Translations under genes and position numbers: made by a program
Notes under the pieces: generated by a model
Seen by the model: the letters and a program-made list of their open reading frames with translations, nothing else
What the model was told of the DNA's origin: nothing
Database searches by the model: none
Source of the DNA: a virus
Lineage: Duplodnaviria; Caudoviricetes
Length of the DNA: 64,000 nt
Virus record (IMG/VR): IMGVR_UViG_3300033067_001757
Coordinates: 1 to 64,000 of that record
Strand: one strand, 5' to 3'
Part shown: positions 19,410 through 27,460 of the stretch, in pieces
Layout: every line of letters starts with the position of its first letter
How positions within the stretch are numbered: position 1 is the first letter of the stretch

Positions 19410-20090
19410 TTATTTCCTTTTGAAACGTTGCCAATAACCTTTAGGTGGTTTATCAACGTTTAATTTATGATATCTTCTTCGAACAGTATTCGCTGAAACC
19501 TTATACATCTTTGCAATATTATTTAATGAAAACTCCCATATTAATTTACTCAATTCTTCATCTGAAATGATAAATTTTGGTTCATATATTCGCTTACTCT
19601 TATTATCAACCTTGATCTTTTTATTATTTCGTCCGGCGAAAGTATTAGTTTGTCTGTGGCAGTTAGGGCAAAGAAATCTCAAATTTTCAATTTCACAATT
19701 AGTCCAATCCCCATCTATATGATCAATATCTAAAGTTATATATTCATCTAACCATTTTGACAAAGTACATACACCACACTTATATTCAAAACCTTTCTCC
19801 AGCAAAGCTCGTTTTAATGTTTTATGGTTCACTCTATATTCCTTATTCCTTGTGAGAATATCATCCGCTTGTATCCTTTTTTGATAATTAGGATTTCTTT
19901 TTCCGGCATATACACTTTGTCCTAAAAAATGTGAAACATCTATATCATATTCTTTTATACGATTTCTAATTAATTCATAACTACCACCAGATGCTCTGGC
20001 TCCCAATCTTCTGCAAACATCGGCATATGTTATAGATTCTTTCACAACCGATTCTATAAGTTCTCTTGTATAAGTCCTCTTAGTTGACAT
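19410..20090 (-). CDS. HNH homing endonuclease
   Basis: CGVC ... LDIDHIDGDWTN ... NLRFLCPNCH. Confidence 0.92.
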   Translation of the reverse strand: MSTKRTYTRELIESVVKESITYADVCRRLGARASGGSYELIRNRIKEYDIDVSHFLGQSVYAGKRNPNYQKRIQADDILTRNKEYRVNHKTLKRALLEKGFEYKCGVCTLSKWLDEYITLDIDHIDGDWTNCEIENLRFLCPNCHRQTNTFAGRNNKKIKVDNKSKRIYEPKFIISDEELSKLIWEFSLNNIAKMYKVSANTVRRRYHKLNVDKPPKGYWQRFKRK

Positions 20091-20159
20091 TATTATATTT
20101 ATAATAAATATCAGAGAGGTATAAGCGAAATTTAAAAAGAATGCACTTATACATTATAG

Positions 20160-20230
20160 ATGTCCCGCTTCGAATTGAACGAAGATCACAAGATTCAAAT
20201 TCTTGTATAATACCATTATACCACAAGACA
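20160..20230 (-). tRNA. tRNA-Gln(TTG)
   Basis: TGTCTTG/CGGGACA, CAAGA-AT TTG AA-TCTTG. Confidence 0.85.
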
Positions 20231-20236
20231 ATTTTG

Positions 20237-20308
20237 AGCCCAGTACCGGTCTCAAACCGATCTCTTCTGATTACAGGTCAGTTGCTTCATCAACAAAGCT
20301 TACCAGGC
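20237..20308 (-). tRNA. tRNA-Thr(TGT)
   Basis: GCCTGGT/ACTGGGC with C2-G71; CTGA-CC TGT AA-TCAG (C33). Confidence 0.78.
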
Positions 20309-20314
20309 TAAAAG

Positions 20315-20386
20315 TAGTACCACTTGGAGTCGAACCAAAACCTTCTGTTCTTCAGACAGACGCGCAGACCACTACGCCATAGCACC
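20315..20386 (-). tRNA. tRNA-Phe(GAA)
   Basis: TCTGT-CT GAA GA-ACAGA, GGTTCGACTCC. Confidence 0.9.
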
Positions 20387-20392
20387 ATATAG

Positions 20393-20465
20393 AAGTGGAA
20401 GAGGAACTCGAAGCCTCGCGTACCGGGGTTGCAATCCGGAGCATTACCATCTTTGCTATTCCACT
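20393..20465 (-). tRNA. tRNA-Cys(GCA)
   Basis: AGTGGAA/TTCCACT, U73, CCGGA-TT GCA AC-CCCGG. Confidence 0.87.
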
Positions 20466-20471
20466 ATGTTG

Positions 20472-20542
20472 CAAGGGATACCCGAATCAAACAGGTACCA
20501 ACTGGGTTGGAAGCAGTTGTACTATCATTATACTAATCCCCC
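20472..20542 (-). tRNA. tRNA-Trp(CCA)
   Basis: GGGGGAT/ATCCCTT, G73, ACTGC-TT CCA AC-CCAGT. Confidence 0.82.
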
Positions 20543-20550
20543 GTAAAAAT

Positions 20551-20643
20551 AACACACAAGGCCAACGACTCTCTCGTTGTGGATTCGGTAGAGCTTAGTA
20601 ACCTCATGCTTACATAAGTCGTATGCTCTCACCTTGTATGTCC
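20551..20643 (-). ncRNA. unidentified three-way-junction RNA inside tRNA array B
   Basis: Closing stem ACATACAAGG/CCTTGTGTGT; inner stems AGAGC/GCTCT and CAACGA/TCGTTG. Confidence 0.5.
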
Positions 20644-20646
20644 TCG

Positions 20647-20720
20647 TCGAGATTTAAGGCATCGAACCTTACTGATATCTTGGTCCCAAACCAAGTGACC
20701 CACCTTGAGTCCGAATCTCG
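20647..20720 (-). tRNA. tRNA-Pro(TGG)
   Basis: CGAGATT/AATCTCG, CTTGG-TT TGG GA-CCAAG. Confidence 0.9.
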
Positions 20721-20727
20721 ATATAAT

Positions 20728-20757
20728 AAAAAACCCCGAAACATTTCTGTCGGGGCT
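20728..20757 (-). terminator. attenuator terminator B
   Basis: AGCCCCGA-CAGAAATGTT-TCGGGG then TTTTTT, 7 nt before tRNA-Pro. Confidence 0.85.
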
Positions 20758-20785
20758 ATTAAACTTATGTTAGATTATAGATGTT

Positions 20786-20881
20786 TTACCATCCCATTCC
20801 ATCATACATATGTTTGTCCCCACCGAACGGTTGTGTCGGCCAGAAGGTAAATTGACATGTATGTGTAAATGTGTTGTTCAT
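20786..20881 (-). CDS. leader peptide B, MNNTFTHTCQFTFWPTQPFGGDKHMYDGMGW (Thr/Phe/His/Cys/Gln/Trp/Pro sensor)
   Basis: ATG..TAA, 31 aa, A-rich upstream context, 16 consecutive codons from the seven amino acids of array B. Confidence 0.88.
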   Translation of the reverse strand: MNNTFTHTCQFTFWPTQPFGGDKHMYDGMGW

Positions 20882-20896
20882 TGTTTTGTTTTTTAA

Positions 20897-21105
20897 AAGA
20901 TAAACAGCCGTCAAATCCCGCTGAAGTTATCTATTGTTAAAGTGTAACAGGGATCGCTTCTTTCAGCGTCAGACATACAAGATGTTCTGTTACAAAGAGT
21001 AATCGTGATTCGTGGTACACTTTTAAGTGCCTTCGCTCAAACGTCCTGGACGTACAATTACTAAAATTTAGATAATCACCAATACGTTACCGGTGAGGTT
21101 ATCTG
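20897..21105 (-). ncRNA. unidentified multi-domain structured RNA upstream of leader B
   Basis: Four consecutive stems: AGATAA..TCACC/GGTGA..TTATCT, AGTAATTG/CGATTACT, TGTAACAG/CTGTTACA, AGATAA/TTATCT; no ORF in the track. Confidence 0.45.
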
Positions 21106-21122
21106 TTAATAAATATCAAAGA

Positions 21123-21362
21123 CTATTGTAAAACGGTTATTGCTCTTGCGTACCTACCATAATTATCGTTTACAGAACCGGTTCGGAATGCTATATTCTT
21201 TTCACCGAGTCCAACCTCGTATTCTTTTAAAGACATTGTCAGTTCTTCAAATATCCGTTTCTGTCTCTCAGGATTTAAATACATAAAAACATAATATGTT
21301 TTACAATGATCACACTGTTCTGGACACTTACTATTTCCTTCGATATCACGCTGGCATTTCAT
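21123..21362 (-). CDS. hypothetical Cys-rich protein
   Basis: 79 aa, directly after the promoter at 21372-21403. Confidence 0.55.
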   Translation of the reverse strand: MKCQRDIEGNSKCPEQCDHCKTYYVFMYLNPERQKRIFEELTMSLKEYEVGLGEKNIAFRTGSVNDNYGRYARAITVLQ

Positions 21363-21371
21363 AATATGAAG

Positions 21372-21403
21372 CGAAGGTAGTATTTAATTAGAGAACTTCC
21401 AAA
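21372..21403 (-). promoter_or_regulatory. Bacteroidota sigma-A type promoter
   Basis: TTTG-N20-TACCTTCG. Confidence 0.65.
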
Positions 21404-21404
21404 T

Positions 21405-21695
21405 TTATTTTCCATTCATCTTGCCCAGATATACACCGAGACTATCCTTCAATTGCAGACTTTGTACCGTCAGGTCATTAATCTGGAGACTGTAGATCAG
21501 TACAGAATCAATCTTCTGCGCTTTACCGGCATCGATCATCAGCTTCGTCTTATCAATAATTTGGAATGCGTTTTGAGTCAGAGCCAGGGAATAATAATTT
21601 ACCTGCTGCAGGTTGTATGCACCTTGTGTTGAGGATAGTACTGAGCATGACCCAAGGATGAATGGGATTACGAGTAATGTGATGAGTTTTTTCAT
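21405..21695 (-). CDS. lipoprotein
   Basis: MKK + hydrophobic stretch + LGSC lipobox. Confidence 0.75.
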   Translation of the reverse strand: MKKLITLLVIPFILGSCSVLSSTQGAYNLQQVNYYSLALTQNAFQIIDKTKLMIDAGKAQKIDSVLIYSLQINDLTVQSLQLKDSLGVYLGKMNGK

Positions 21696-21786
21696 AGATG
21701 AAAATTTGTATTAATATTTGTATATATAAATATCAAGGAGTCTATATTCTGGCAGCAGAATGGGATTTGTGTCGGAGATTAGTATG

Positions 21787-21859
21787 TGGAAAACAGTTGA
21801 TTCGAACAACATCTCCCGGTTTGCAAAACCAGTGCTTTTGCCAATTAAGCTATGCTCCC
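21787..21859 (-). tRNA. tRNA-Ala(TGC)
   Basis: G3:U70, CTGGT-TT TGC AA-ACCGG; bulged acceptor with a 4-bp T stem. Confidence 0.85.
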
Positions 21860-21865
21860 ATTATG

Positions 21866-21938
21866 TTGAAGAAGTGAATTATGCTATCACAACCTCTGAA
21901 GTATCAGTTCAGCGCTCTGACTGTTGAGCTATTCTTCA
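21866..21938 (-). tRNA. tRNA-Ile(GAT)
   Basis: TGAAGAA/TTCTTCA, CTGAA-CT GAT AC-TTCAG; atypical T loop. Confidence 0.85.
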
Positions 21939-21945
21939 ATGTATG

Positions 21946-22018
21946 TTGTCCCTACCGGTTATGATCCGGTTACCTAATGATTATGAGTCATTTGCTCTAC
22001 CGATTGAGCTAAGGGACT
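21946..22018 (-). tRNA. tRNA(CAT), Ile2 (lysidine) or elongator Met
   Basis: AATGA-CT CAT AA-TCATT; lacks the three initiator G-C pairs. Confidence 0.85.
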
Positions 22019-22068
22019 GTAAAACAGAATAAAGAGTTGCGCATCGTTGAGAGGTTCTTACTCTAATG

Positions 22069-22142
22069 CGGACTATACCGGTAACAATCCGGTCATCTCT
22101 CCCGTGACAGGGGAGCGTCTTCATCGTGCAGACTCATAGTCC
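22069..22142 (-). tRNA. tRNA-Asp(GTC)
   Basis: GGACTAT/ATAGTCC, G73, CTCCC-CT GTC AC-GGGAG. Confidence 0.88.
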
Positions 22143-22147
22143 TTATG

Positions 22148-22220
22148 TATCCCCAATGGAATTCGAATCCATATCATCTCATAGAAAGTGAGATATCCTA
22201 AGCCATTAGACGATGGGGAC
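22148..22220 (-). tRNA. tRNA-Glu(TTC)
   Basis: GTCCCCA/TGGGGAT, TCTCA-CT TTC TA-TGAGA. Confidence 0.88.
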
Positions 22221-22289
22221 TGGTTGGCATCCTAAACTCCCGTGCAAGGGATAAACCTGGCCATTTAGGTTTTGTTCTACCGGCAACCA
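22221..22289 (-). ncRNA. unidentified long hairpin abutting tRNA-Glu
   Basis: Nested stems TGGTTG/CAACCA, CCTAAA/TTTAGG, TCCC/GGGA. Confidence 0.35.
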
Positions 22290-22306
22290 CAAGTGTCTGG
22301 CACCAG

Positions 22307-22519
22307 CTACTTCCATTGTGTCTTTCTGTTATGCTTCCAGGACTTGTATTGTCTCACCTGGTACATCATAAGCTCTTTACGTTTCCATCTCCTTACTGGG
22401 CTGCTACGGTAGTAATTTACACCTTCGTCCCAGTATCTGTCCATGAACTTATCATTAGTCACAATCTTATATTCCTTTCTGCAGGTTGTGTGACTACTGA
22501 TACTTCTGTGTGGTTTCAT
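22307..22519 (-). CDS. small basic protein within the tRNA array
   Basis: 70 aa, Arg/Lys/Trp-rich, ends KSWKHNRKTQWK. Confidence 0.7.
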   Translation of the reverse strand: MKPHRSISSHTTCRKEYKIVTNDKFMDRYWDEGVNYYRSSPVRRWKRKELMMYQVRQYKSWKHNRKTQWK

Positions 22520-22537
22520 TGTTGTAGGTTTTAGTAC

Positions 22538-22564
22538 CTACAAGAAATCGTATGTTTTTTTCAT
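22538..22564 (-). CDS. 8-aa upstream ORF MKKTYDFL
   Basis: Its TAG lies in the 5' arm of hairpin TTGTAGGT-ACTAAA-ACCTACAA just upstream of the next ATG. Confidence 0.5.
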   Translation of the reverse strand: MKKTYDFL

Positions 22565-22627
22565 AACGTAAATAATGTTTTACATGGTATACCCATCTGT
22601 GTAAAAGATATTTTACAAACATATCCA

Positions 22628-22897
22628 TTATTCTAAATCTGGATACTCACTATAAAAACTAAGCTCATACATATTTTCACCGGTTTTTATCTGTCTGTAA
22701 TATAAATAATCAGGTGATATACCTTTATAATTAACCCTGTTAGCATAAACAGAATCCTTTACGAGACCTGTTTCGGTTATGTTCATATTTTCCAGATACT
22801 GTTTTTCATTACGAAATTTTTCAATCACATCAGGATTAGCACTCTTTAAAAAACTCGCATTGGCCAACGTTGAATCAATCTTTTCAAGTCTTGTCAT
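22628..22897 (-). CDS. hypothetical protein; N-terminus resembles the ValRS C-terminal tRNA-binding coiled coil
   Basis: LEKIDSTLANASFLKSANPDVIEKFRNE resembles the ValRS motif KLxNxxFxxxAPxxVVxKE. Confidence 0.5.
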   Translation of the reverse strand: MTRLEKIDSTLANASFLKSANPDVIEKFRNEKQYLENMNITETGLVKDSVYANRVNYKGISPDYLYYRQIKTGENMYELSFYSEYPDLE

Positions 22898-22980
22898 TGT
22901 GAAATAAATTTAAAAGAAGCTACCAGAGCTACGTGTTTCTTTTTGTTCCCGTTCCTGGTCTTCGCTAAAGCTTCTCTAAT

Positions 22981-23028
22981 TGGAGCCGAGGGGCAGTGTG
23001 CCCACTGTGCATTCCCTTTCAACTCGGC
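22981..23028 (-). ncRNA. tRNA-like minihelix ending in encoded CCA
   Basis: GCCGAG ... CTCGGC T CCA, 48 nt, no anticodon arm. Confidence 0.4.
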
Positions 23029-23608
23029 ATGTAAATTTTAGGATAAAGATAATCCTCTCGAACCCCTACCAAATCCAATATTTTTACCACAAAATGTATC
23101 CGTTTGTGTGTGACAATTTGGACATAATAATCGAACATTATCAGGAAAATTATTACCGGAATCACCATCTACATGATCAACCTGTAAAGTGATAGGCTTT
23201 TCATTCCATTCAAAAATTCCACAAGATTCACAGTTATATCCTCGTTCATAAGCAATTAGTTTCCGTAATGTATTCCGTTTATTAATCTGCCCATTTTTAT
23301 ATTTAACTAATGATACAGTTTCATGCATATGAATTTTATGACATTTAACACTGCAAAATTTATTGCTTTTATTTGACTGGGAGACACATGTTTTTCCGCA
23401 GATTATACAATCGAAAAATTTCTTTGGTTTCTTATTTTGTTTGCTCGCACAACTTCTTGAACAATGTTTTGGAAATTTACTCTTCTCTAACTGTGTTGGT
23501 GTTAAAGATACGCTATACTCTTTGTTACATCCTTTACAATGGCAACTATATACCCCTTTGCACAAACTTTTTAGAGAACTTATCAAATTTATCGTCTTTT
23601 AGTGTAGA

Positions 23609-23899
23609 TTGGTACTTTCAAAAAATAAATACTGCTATATGAAAGTTCTAAAGGAGTATATTACTTATGAAGGTAAAAACTTTGGTGAATCAATTAACGA
23701 TGGTATTGCACAAGTTGAGATTATTAAATTAAGTGAAAAGCTTTCAAGTTTTACCAAAGATATATTTAATTCAAAAACTGGTTTTATTGATATAAAATCA
23801 AATGGTGCAATTGAAATTGAAGACTTTCCCGATGATCTGCAAAATTCTATCATAGACTATCTTAAAATTTCCAAGGATAATCATTATACGAAACCTTGA
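23609..23899 (+). CDS. IS passenger, hypothetical protein
   Basis: ORF inside the TIRs; probable start at MKVLKE. Confidence 0.55.
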   Translation: MVLSKNKYCYMKVLKEYITYEGKNFGESINDGIAQVEIIKLSEKLSSFTKDIFNSKTGFIDIKSNGAIEIEDFPDDLQNSIIDYLKISKDNHYTKP

Positions 23900-24037
23900 G
23901 CCTTATATCTTTATCATATAAAATTCTAACAATCTCCCACAAAGACGTTTTTTGTTCTTTTGTTAAGTGACAAGTAACTTCAATGGGTATACCGATAACT
24001 TTGGTTACTTTGAATTCTTCGGTGTTTATCATGAATA

Positions 24038-24238
24038 CTAATTAAGTAAATTTACTCCACCGTTACGGTAAATAGAAGAATCAAATTCTTTAATACAATC
24101 TCTTATCATATTAATTTGAGCATAATCGGATGTTTCCATTGAAATAATCTGATTAATTAAAGAACAACACTTTTTTGATTTTGATTCCAAACTTTGCTTT
24201 ACCGAGACTATATCCTTTTTTACATTCTCTAATTCCAT
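24038..24238 (-). CDS. IS passenger, hypothetical protein
   Basis: 66 aa, preceded by the ATATTTATA motif. Confidence 0.5.
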   Translation of the reverse strand: MELENVKKDIVSVKQSLESKSKKCCSLINQIISMETSDYAQINMIRDCIKEFDSSIYRNGGVNLLN

Positions 24239-24294
24239 ATACTTTGTTTTAGTATATATAAATATATAGAGGTAGTGATTATCAAATTAAAATA

Positions 24295-24492
24295 TCAGAA
24301 AGCGTATATGTAAATAATTATAATCATACCGATTATAGTTGCAAAATTCATCCACACCATTATAGACTTCTCTTTCATCTTTTCTTTACCACTAATAGCA
24401 TTTCTGGTATTTTTTAAAGCTTCTTTCAAAGAGGTCATTCCGTAGAATATCAGACTTATTACTATTAATAAACCGATGAGAATATATGGCAT
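24295..24492 (-). CDS. IS passenger, two-TM small membrane protein (paralog of 10962-11153)
   Basis: Shared GKEK-containing loop between two TM helices. Confidence 0.6.
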   Translation of the reverse strand: MPYILIGLLIVISLIFYGMTSLKEALKNTRNAISGKEKMKEKSIMVWMNFATIIGMIIIIYIYAF

Positions 24493-24549
24493 GGTAAAGA
24501 ATTGGATAATTAAAATTGACGGTACTGATATTTATATGAAAGTACAAAT

Positions 24550-24750
24550 ATGATAACCTCTTTTGATGAATTAGAATCCCAAGGCGCTAAATTCTATTAT
24601 GACCCGCATCAAGATAAGGAAATTGACCCACCTCACTATTATGCAATTGATAATAAATGTTGGACACTTATTAATATAGATGAAGATGGAACTCCGGAAT
24701 ACATGGGAATACAATTTGAATTGATCGCGTATCCAGAATTATTTACTTAG
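24550..24750 (+). CDS. IS passenger, small acidic protein
   Basis: 66 aa, preceded by GATATTTATAT. Confidence 0.55.
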   Translation: MITSFDELESQGAKFYYDPHQDKEIDPPHYYAIDNKCWTLINIDEDGTPEYMGIQFELIAYPELFT

Positions 24751-24973
24751 TTTTTTCAACTTCACTCATTGAGTATTCGACAAATTCGTTTTTAGTATTT
24801 TTAAATACATGTTTGTATACTTTTTGAAATTGCTTTTTGGATTGGTCTACATAAATTAAAATTTCACCTGTTTCTTTAAGTTTAAATTTATCACCTGCTT
24901 TAATAACAGTCTCTGTAGATTTTACAATGTTTACTTTCTTGCCAGCCCTAATACGTATTTTAAATGTTTAAGA

Positions 24974-25714
24974 TTAATCCTTAACGCAACGAACAGAAAA
25001 GCCCCAGGTCTTTTGAATCTCGTCCGCGTAGATGGTGCCACCGCCATAGTTTATGTAGTGGTACCAGGCGTAGTTAAGCAAGGTATACTCCGTAGTACTC
25101 CACCAGAAACCTGTGATACCAGCACCGTAGAAAGATTCGATGTAATAATCATTGAAGTGATGGTAGCCACCCGGAAGCGCTGTGAATCCGCTGCTGTTAG
25201 TAGCATCGGCGTTAGGGGCATACCATAAACCGGTCCCAGCTTCTATGGTTCCGGTTGATTTCATCTTGCCACCCGCTACTGCATAGCCGCCTAAATAAGT
25301 AGATAATGTTGTCCATTCTGCCTCACTTGGTACATGCCAACCTTCAGGGGCTAGTCCCCTTGGATCATGTACAGCATACCAGTTGTATAACTTGCCATAA
25401 ACAGCACCCGTGGCAGAATCGTTATTGTACCAGCACCATGCACCGGTAGTTAAGGAAGCCCATTTGTGACGGTCTTTTACCTGTGGTATCTTGTCCCCAT
25501 TTCTGTAACGGGTTACGTCAAGGTTCTTTTTCATCCAAACTTGAGTACCTATTCTAACAGTGTTACCAGCAAGAACTTTATTATCGTTAAGTACATCTTG
25601 GCTTATACTTTCACTTGTAATACCTGAAGTTTGAACGGTGCTGTTTTCTTTTTTACAGGAGATTGATAGTGATATCAGCAAAGCTGAAATACTTATTGTG
25701 ATTATTGTTTTCAT
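24974..25714 (-). CDS. FISUMP (Fibrobacter succinogenes major paralogous) domain lipoprotein
   Basis: SISC lipobox; IGTQVWMKKNL, YGKLYNWYA, PEGWHVPS..EW, SGFTALPGG, GFSVRCVKD. Confidence 0.92.
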   Translation of the reverse strand: MKTIITISISALLISLSISCKKENSTVQTSGITSESISQDVLNDNKVLAGNTVRIGTQVWMKKNLDVTRYRNGDKIPQVKDRHKWASLTTGAWCWYNNDSATGAVYGKLYNWYAVHDPRGLAPEGWHVPSEAEWTTLSTYLGGYAVAGGKMKSTGTIEAGTGLWYAPNADATNSSGFTALPGGYHHFNDYYIESFYGAGITGFWWSTTEYTLLNYAWYHYINYGGGTIYADEIQKTWGFSVRCVKD

Positions 25715-25744
25715 TGTAGGTGATATTTATATAAAATAAAGTTT

Positions 25745-25948
25745 ATGATAAAAATAAAGTTTAATGTAGACAAGAAAAAAGAGGGGGATTTAAATGAGAA
25801 AGTTACAATGTCCGTAGAAACTAATGAAATAGAAAATTCTTCTGATACGGCATTGATTGAAAGTATAATACAATGGTCAGCAGAACACCTTGAATATTTA
25901 CAGAAAAAAATAAGTCAATGGAATGATGTTTTAAATCAACCTCGTTAA
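25745..25948 (+). CDS. IS passenger, hypothetical protein
   Basis: 67 aa, preceded by GATATTTATATA. Confidence 0.55.
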   Translation: MIKIKFNVDKKKEGDLNEKVTMSVETNEIENSSDTALIESIIQWSAEHLEYLQKKISQWNDVLNQPR

Positions 25949-26247
25949 ATTGTAGGCAGCATAATACCATTTTCAGACAAGAAATCTGTAAATTTTTTGA
26001 TATGGAAAAAGCCACCACTGACATATAAAAAGTAAACATCCAAGTCGTCTTTGGAAAATCTATCCGAGGTTACTTTTTCATCTTTCAAATTCAATAAAGC
26101 GAGTTCATCAATGTACTTTGCGAACAAATCACTTCTGGACGGAGCTATTATTAGTCTTGCAATCACTAAATTTTTGTTTACACCAACTCTAGTTGAAACC
26201 AGACTTCTTAATTTTTCTTTTATTGATTTTGCTTGTTCTAAGTTCAT
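25945..26247 (-). CDS. IS passenger, hypothetical protein
   Basis: 100 aa, convergent 4-nt overlap. Confidence 0.55.
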   Translation of the reverse strand: MNLEQAKSIKEKLRSLVSTRVGVNKNLVIARLIIAPSRSDLFAKYIDELALLNLKDEKVTSDRFSKDDLDVYFLYVSGGFFHIKKFTDFLSENGIMLPTI

Positions 26248-26359
26248 TTTAAAGGATTTAGTAGCACAAGATACAAAAATCTATTAGACATACTTTAACA
26301 ATATTAGGTAGTACTTTGAACAAAACATGTCTATCTTTGTGTAACAAATAAAGAGATAT

Positions 26360-27286
26360 ATGTTCAACTCATTTAAGAATCTTACAGAAGTTATACTCCA
26401 CTTTTCTACTGATAAAGTTTGCAGGGAATTCTTAGAGACCAAGAGATGGAACGGTACTCCGACCTGTCCTCATTGTGGTTGTGATAAGTGGTATAAGTTG
26501 AATGATGGTAAAACATACAAGTGCGGTAACAAAGAGTGTTACAAGAAATATACCGTTACGGTAGGAACGATCTATGAGAATACAAACGTTCCTCTTACTA
26601 AATGGTTTGCTGCTGTTTATATAATCACCGCTCATAAGAAAGGAATAAGCAGTATCCAGTTGTCTAAAGACATTGGTGTTACTCAAAAGACTGCCTGGTA
26701 TATGAATCATAGAATCAGACAGATGGTTGGAGAAAGGCATCCAGAAGCATTAGAGAACACTGTAGAAGTGGATGAAACCTATGTAGGTGGGAAGATGAAG
26801 AACAAACACAAGAAGGTTAGAGCGGAAGCACATGCTAACAATATAAGCCATACAGATAACAAGACAGGTGTAATGGGTTTCTTGGAAAGAGGAGCAGGTG
26901 TACGGTTAAATGTTATTGATAAAACCAAGACATTTAAAGAAATGGTTAAGGGTAATATTGCTTTAGAAGCTATTGTAATTACAGATAGCCTAAATGCTTA
27001 TACCGGCCTTGCTAAGGAGTTTAAAGGTCATGAGGTGGTTAACCATAGCGAAGATGAATATGTACGTGGTGAGTTCCATACAAACACTATAGAGGGCTTC
27101 TTTTCATTCCTAAAGAGAAGTATCTACGGTTGTTACCACAATGTAAGTCCTAAGCATTTACAGAGATATTGTAATGAGAATAGCTACCGGTACAATACAA
27201 GAGATTTGAAAGATGGTCAGAGATTTGAGATAACTTTGTCTAACATTGAAGGAAGACTTCCATATAAAACTCTAATCGGTAAATAA
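26360..27286 (+). CDS. IS1595 (ISXO2-like) DDE transposase
   Basis: CPHCG..C Zn ribbon, KKGISSIQL, VEVDETYVGG, ITD, HTNTIEGFF, HLQRYCNE..YRYN. Confidence 0.96.
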   Translation: MFNSFKNLTEVILHFSTDKVCREFLETKRWNGTPTCPHCGCDKWYKLNDGKTYKCGNKECYKKYTVTVGTIYENTNVPLTKWFAAVYIITAHKKGISSIQLSKDIGVTQKTAWYMNHRIRQMVGERHPEALENTVEVDETYVGGKMKNKHKKVRAEAHANNISHTDNKTGVMGFLERGAGVRLNVIDKTKTFKEMVKGNIALEAIVITDSLNAYTGLAKEFKGHEVVNHSEDEYVRGEFHTNTIEGFFSFLKRSIYGCYHNVSPKHLQRYCNENSYRYNTRDLKDGQRFEITLSNIEGRLPYKTLIGK

Positions 27287-27460
27287 TGGCAAAGGCAAAG
27301 AAGGCAACAAAGCCTAAAAAGATAAGACAGGAGAACTATGAAACTAAGTTAAAGGTGAATGCATCTTTTGAAGATGTGATAGGATGGAGTGTAGAAGGTA
27401 ATCCTAAGCCAAAGACTAAGCCATTGAAGAAGTAGACTGTAGATATGTTTAAGAGATCAT

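Noticed and set aside
20472-20542. Alternative Gly(TCC) reading; likewise Tyr(GTA) for 20237-20308
   Set aside because: The anticodon stems pair only in the CCA and TGT registers, and the identity elements and leader B codons agree with Trp and Thr.
20551-21105. Hammerhead ribozyme, SRP RNA or T-box identity for the structured RNAs
   Set aside because: The CUGAnGA/GAAA core, the SRP helix-8 motif and the T-box UGGNACC bulge are not present in the right context.
23541-23586. Tracked N-terminus MISSLKSL of ORF 23038-23586 and C-terminus NYIQLR of ORF 28060-28290
   Set aside because: Both are read from the IS ends; the two ORFs are halves of one interrupted gene.
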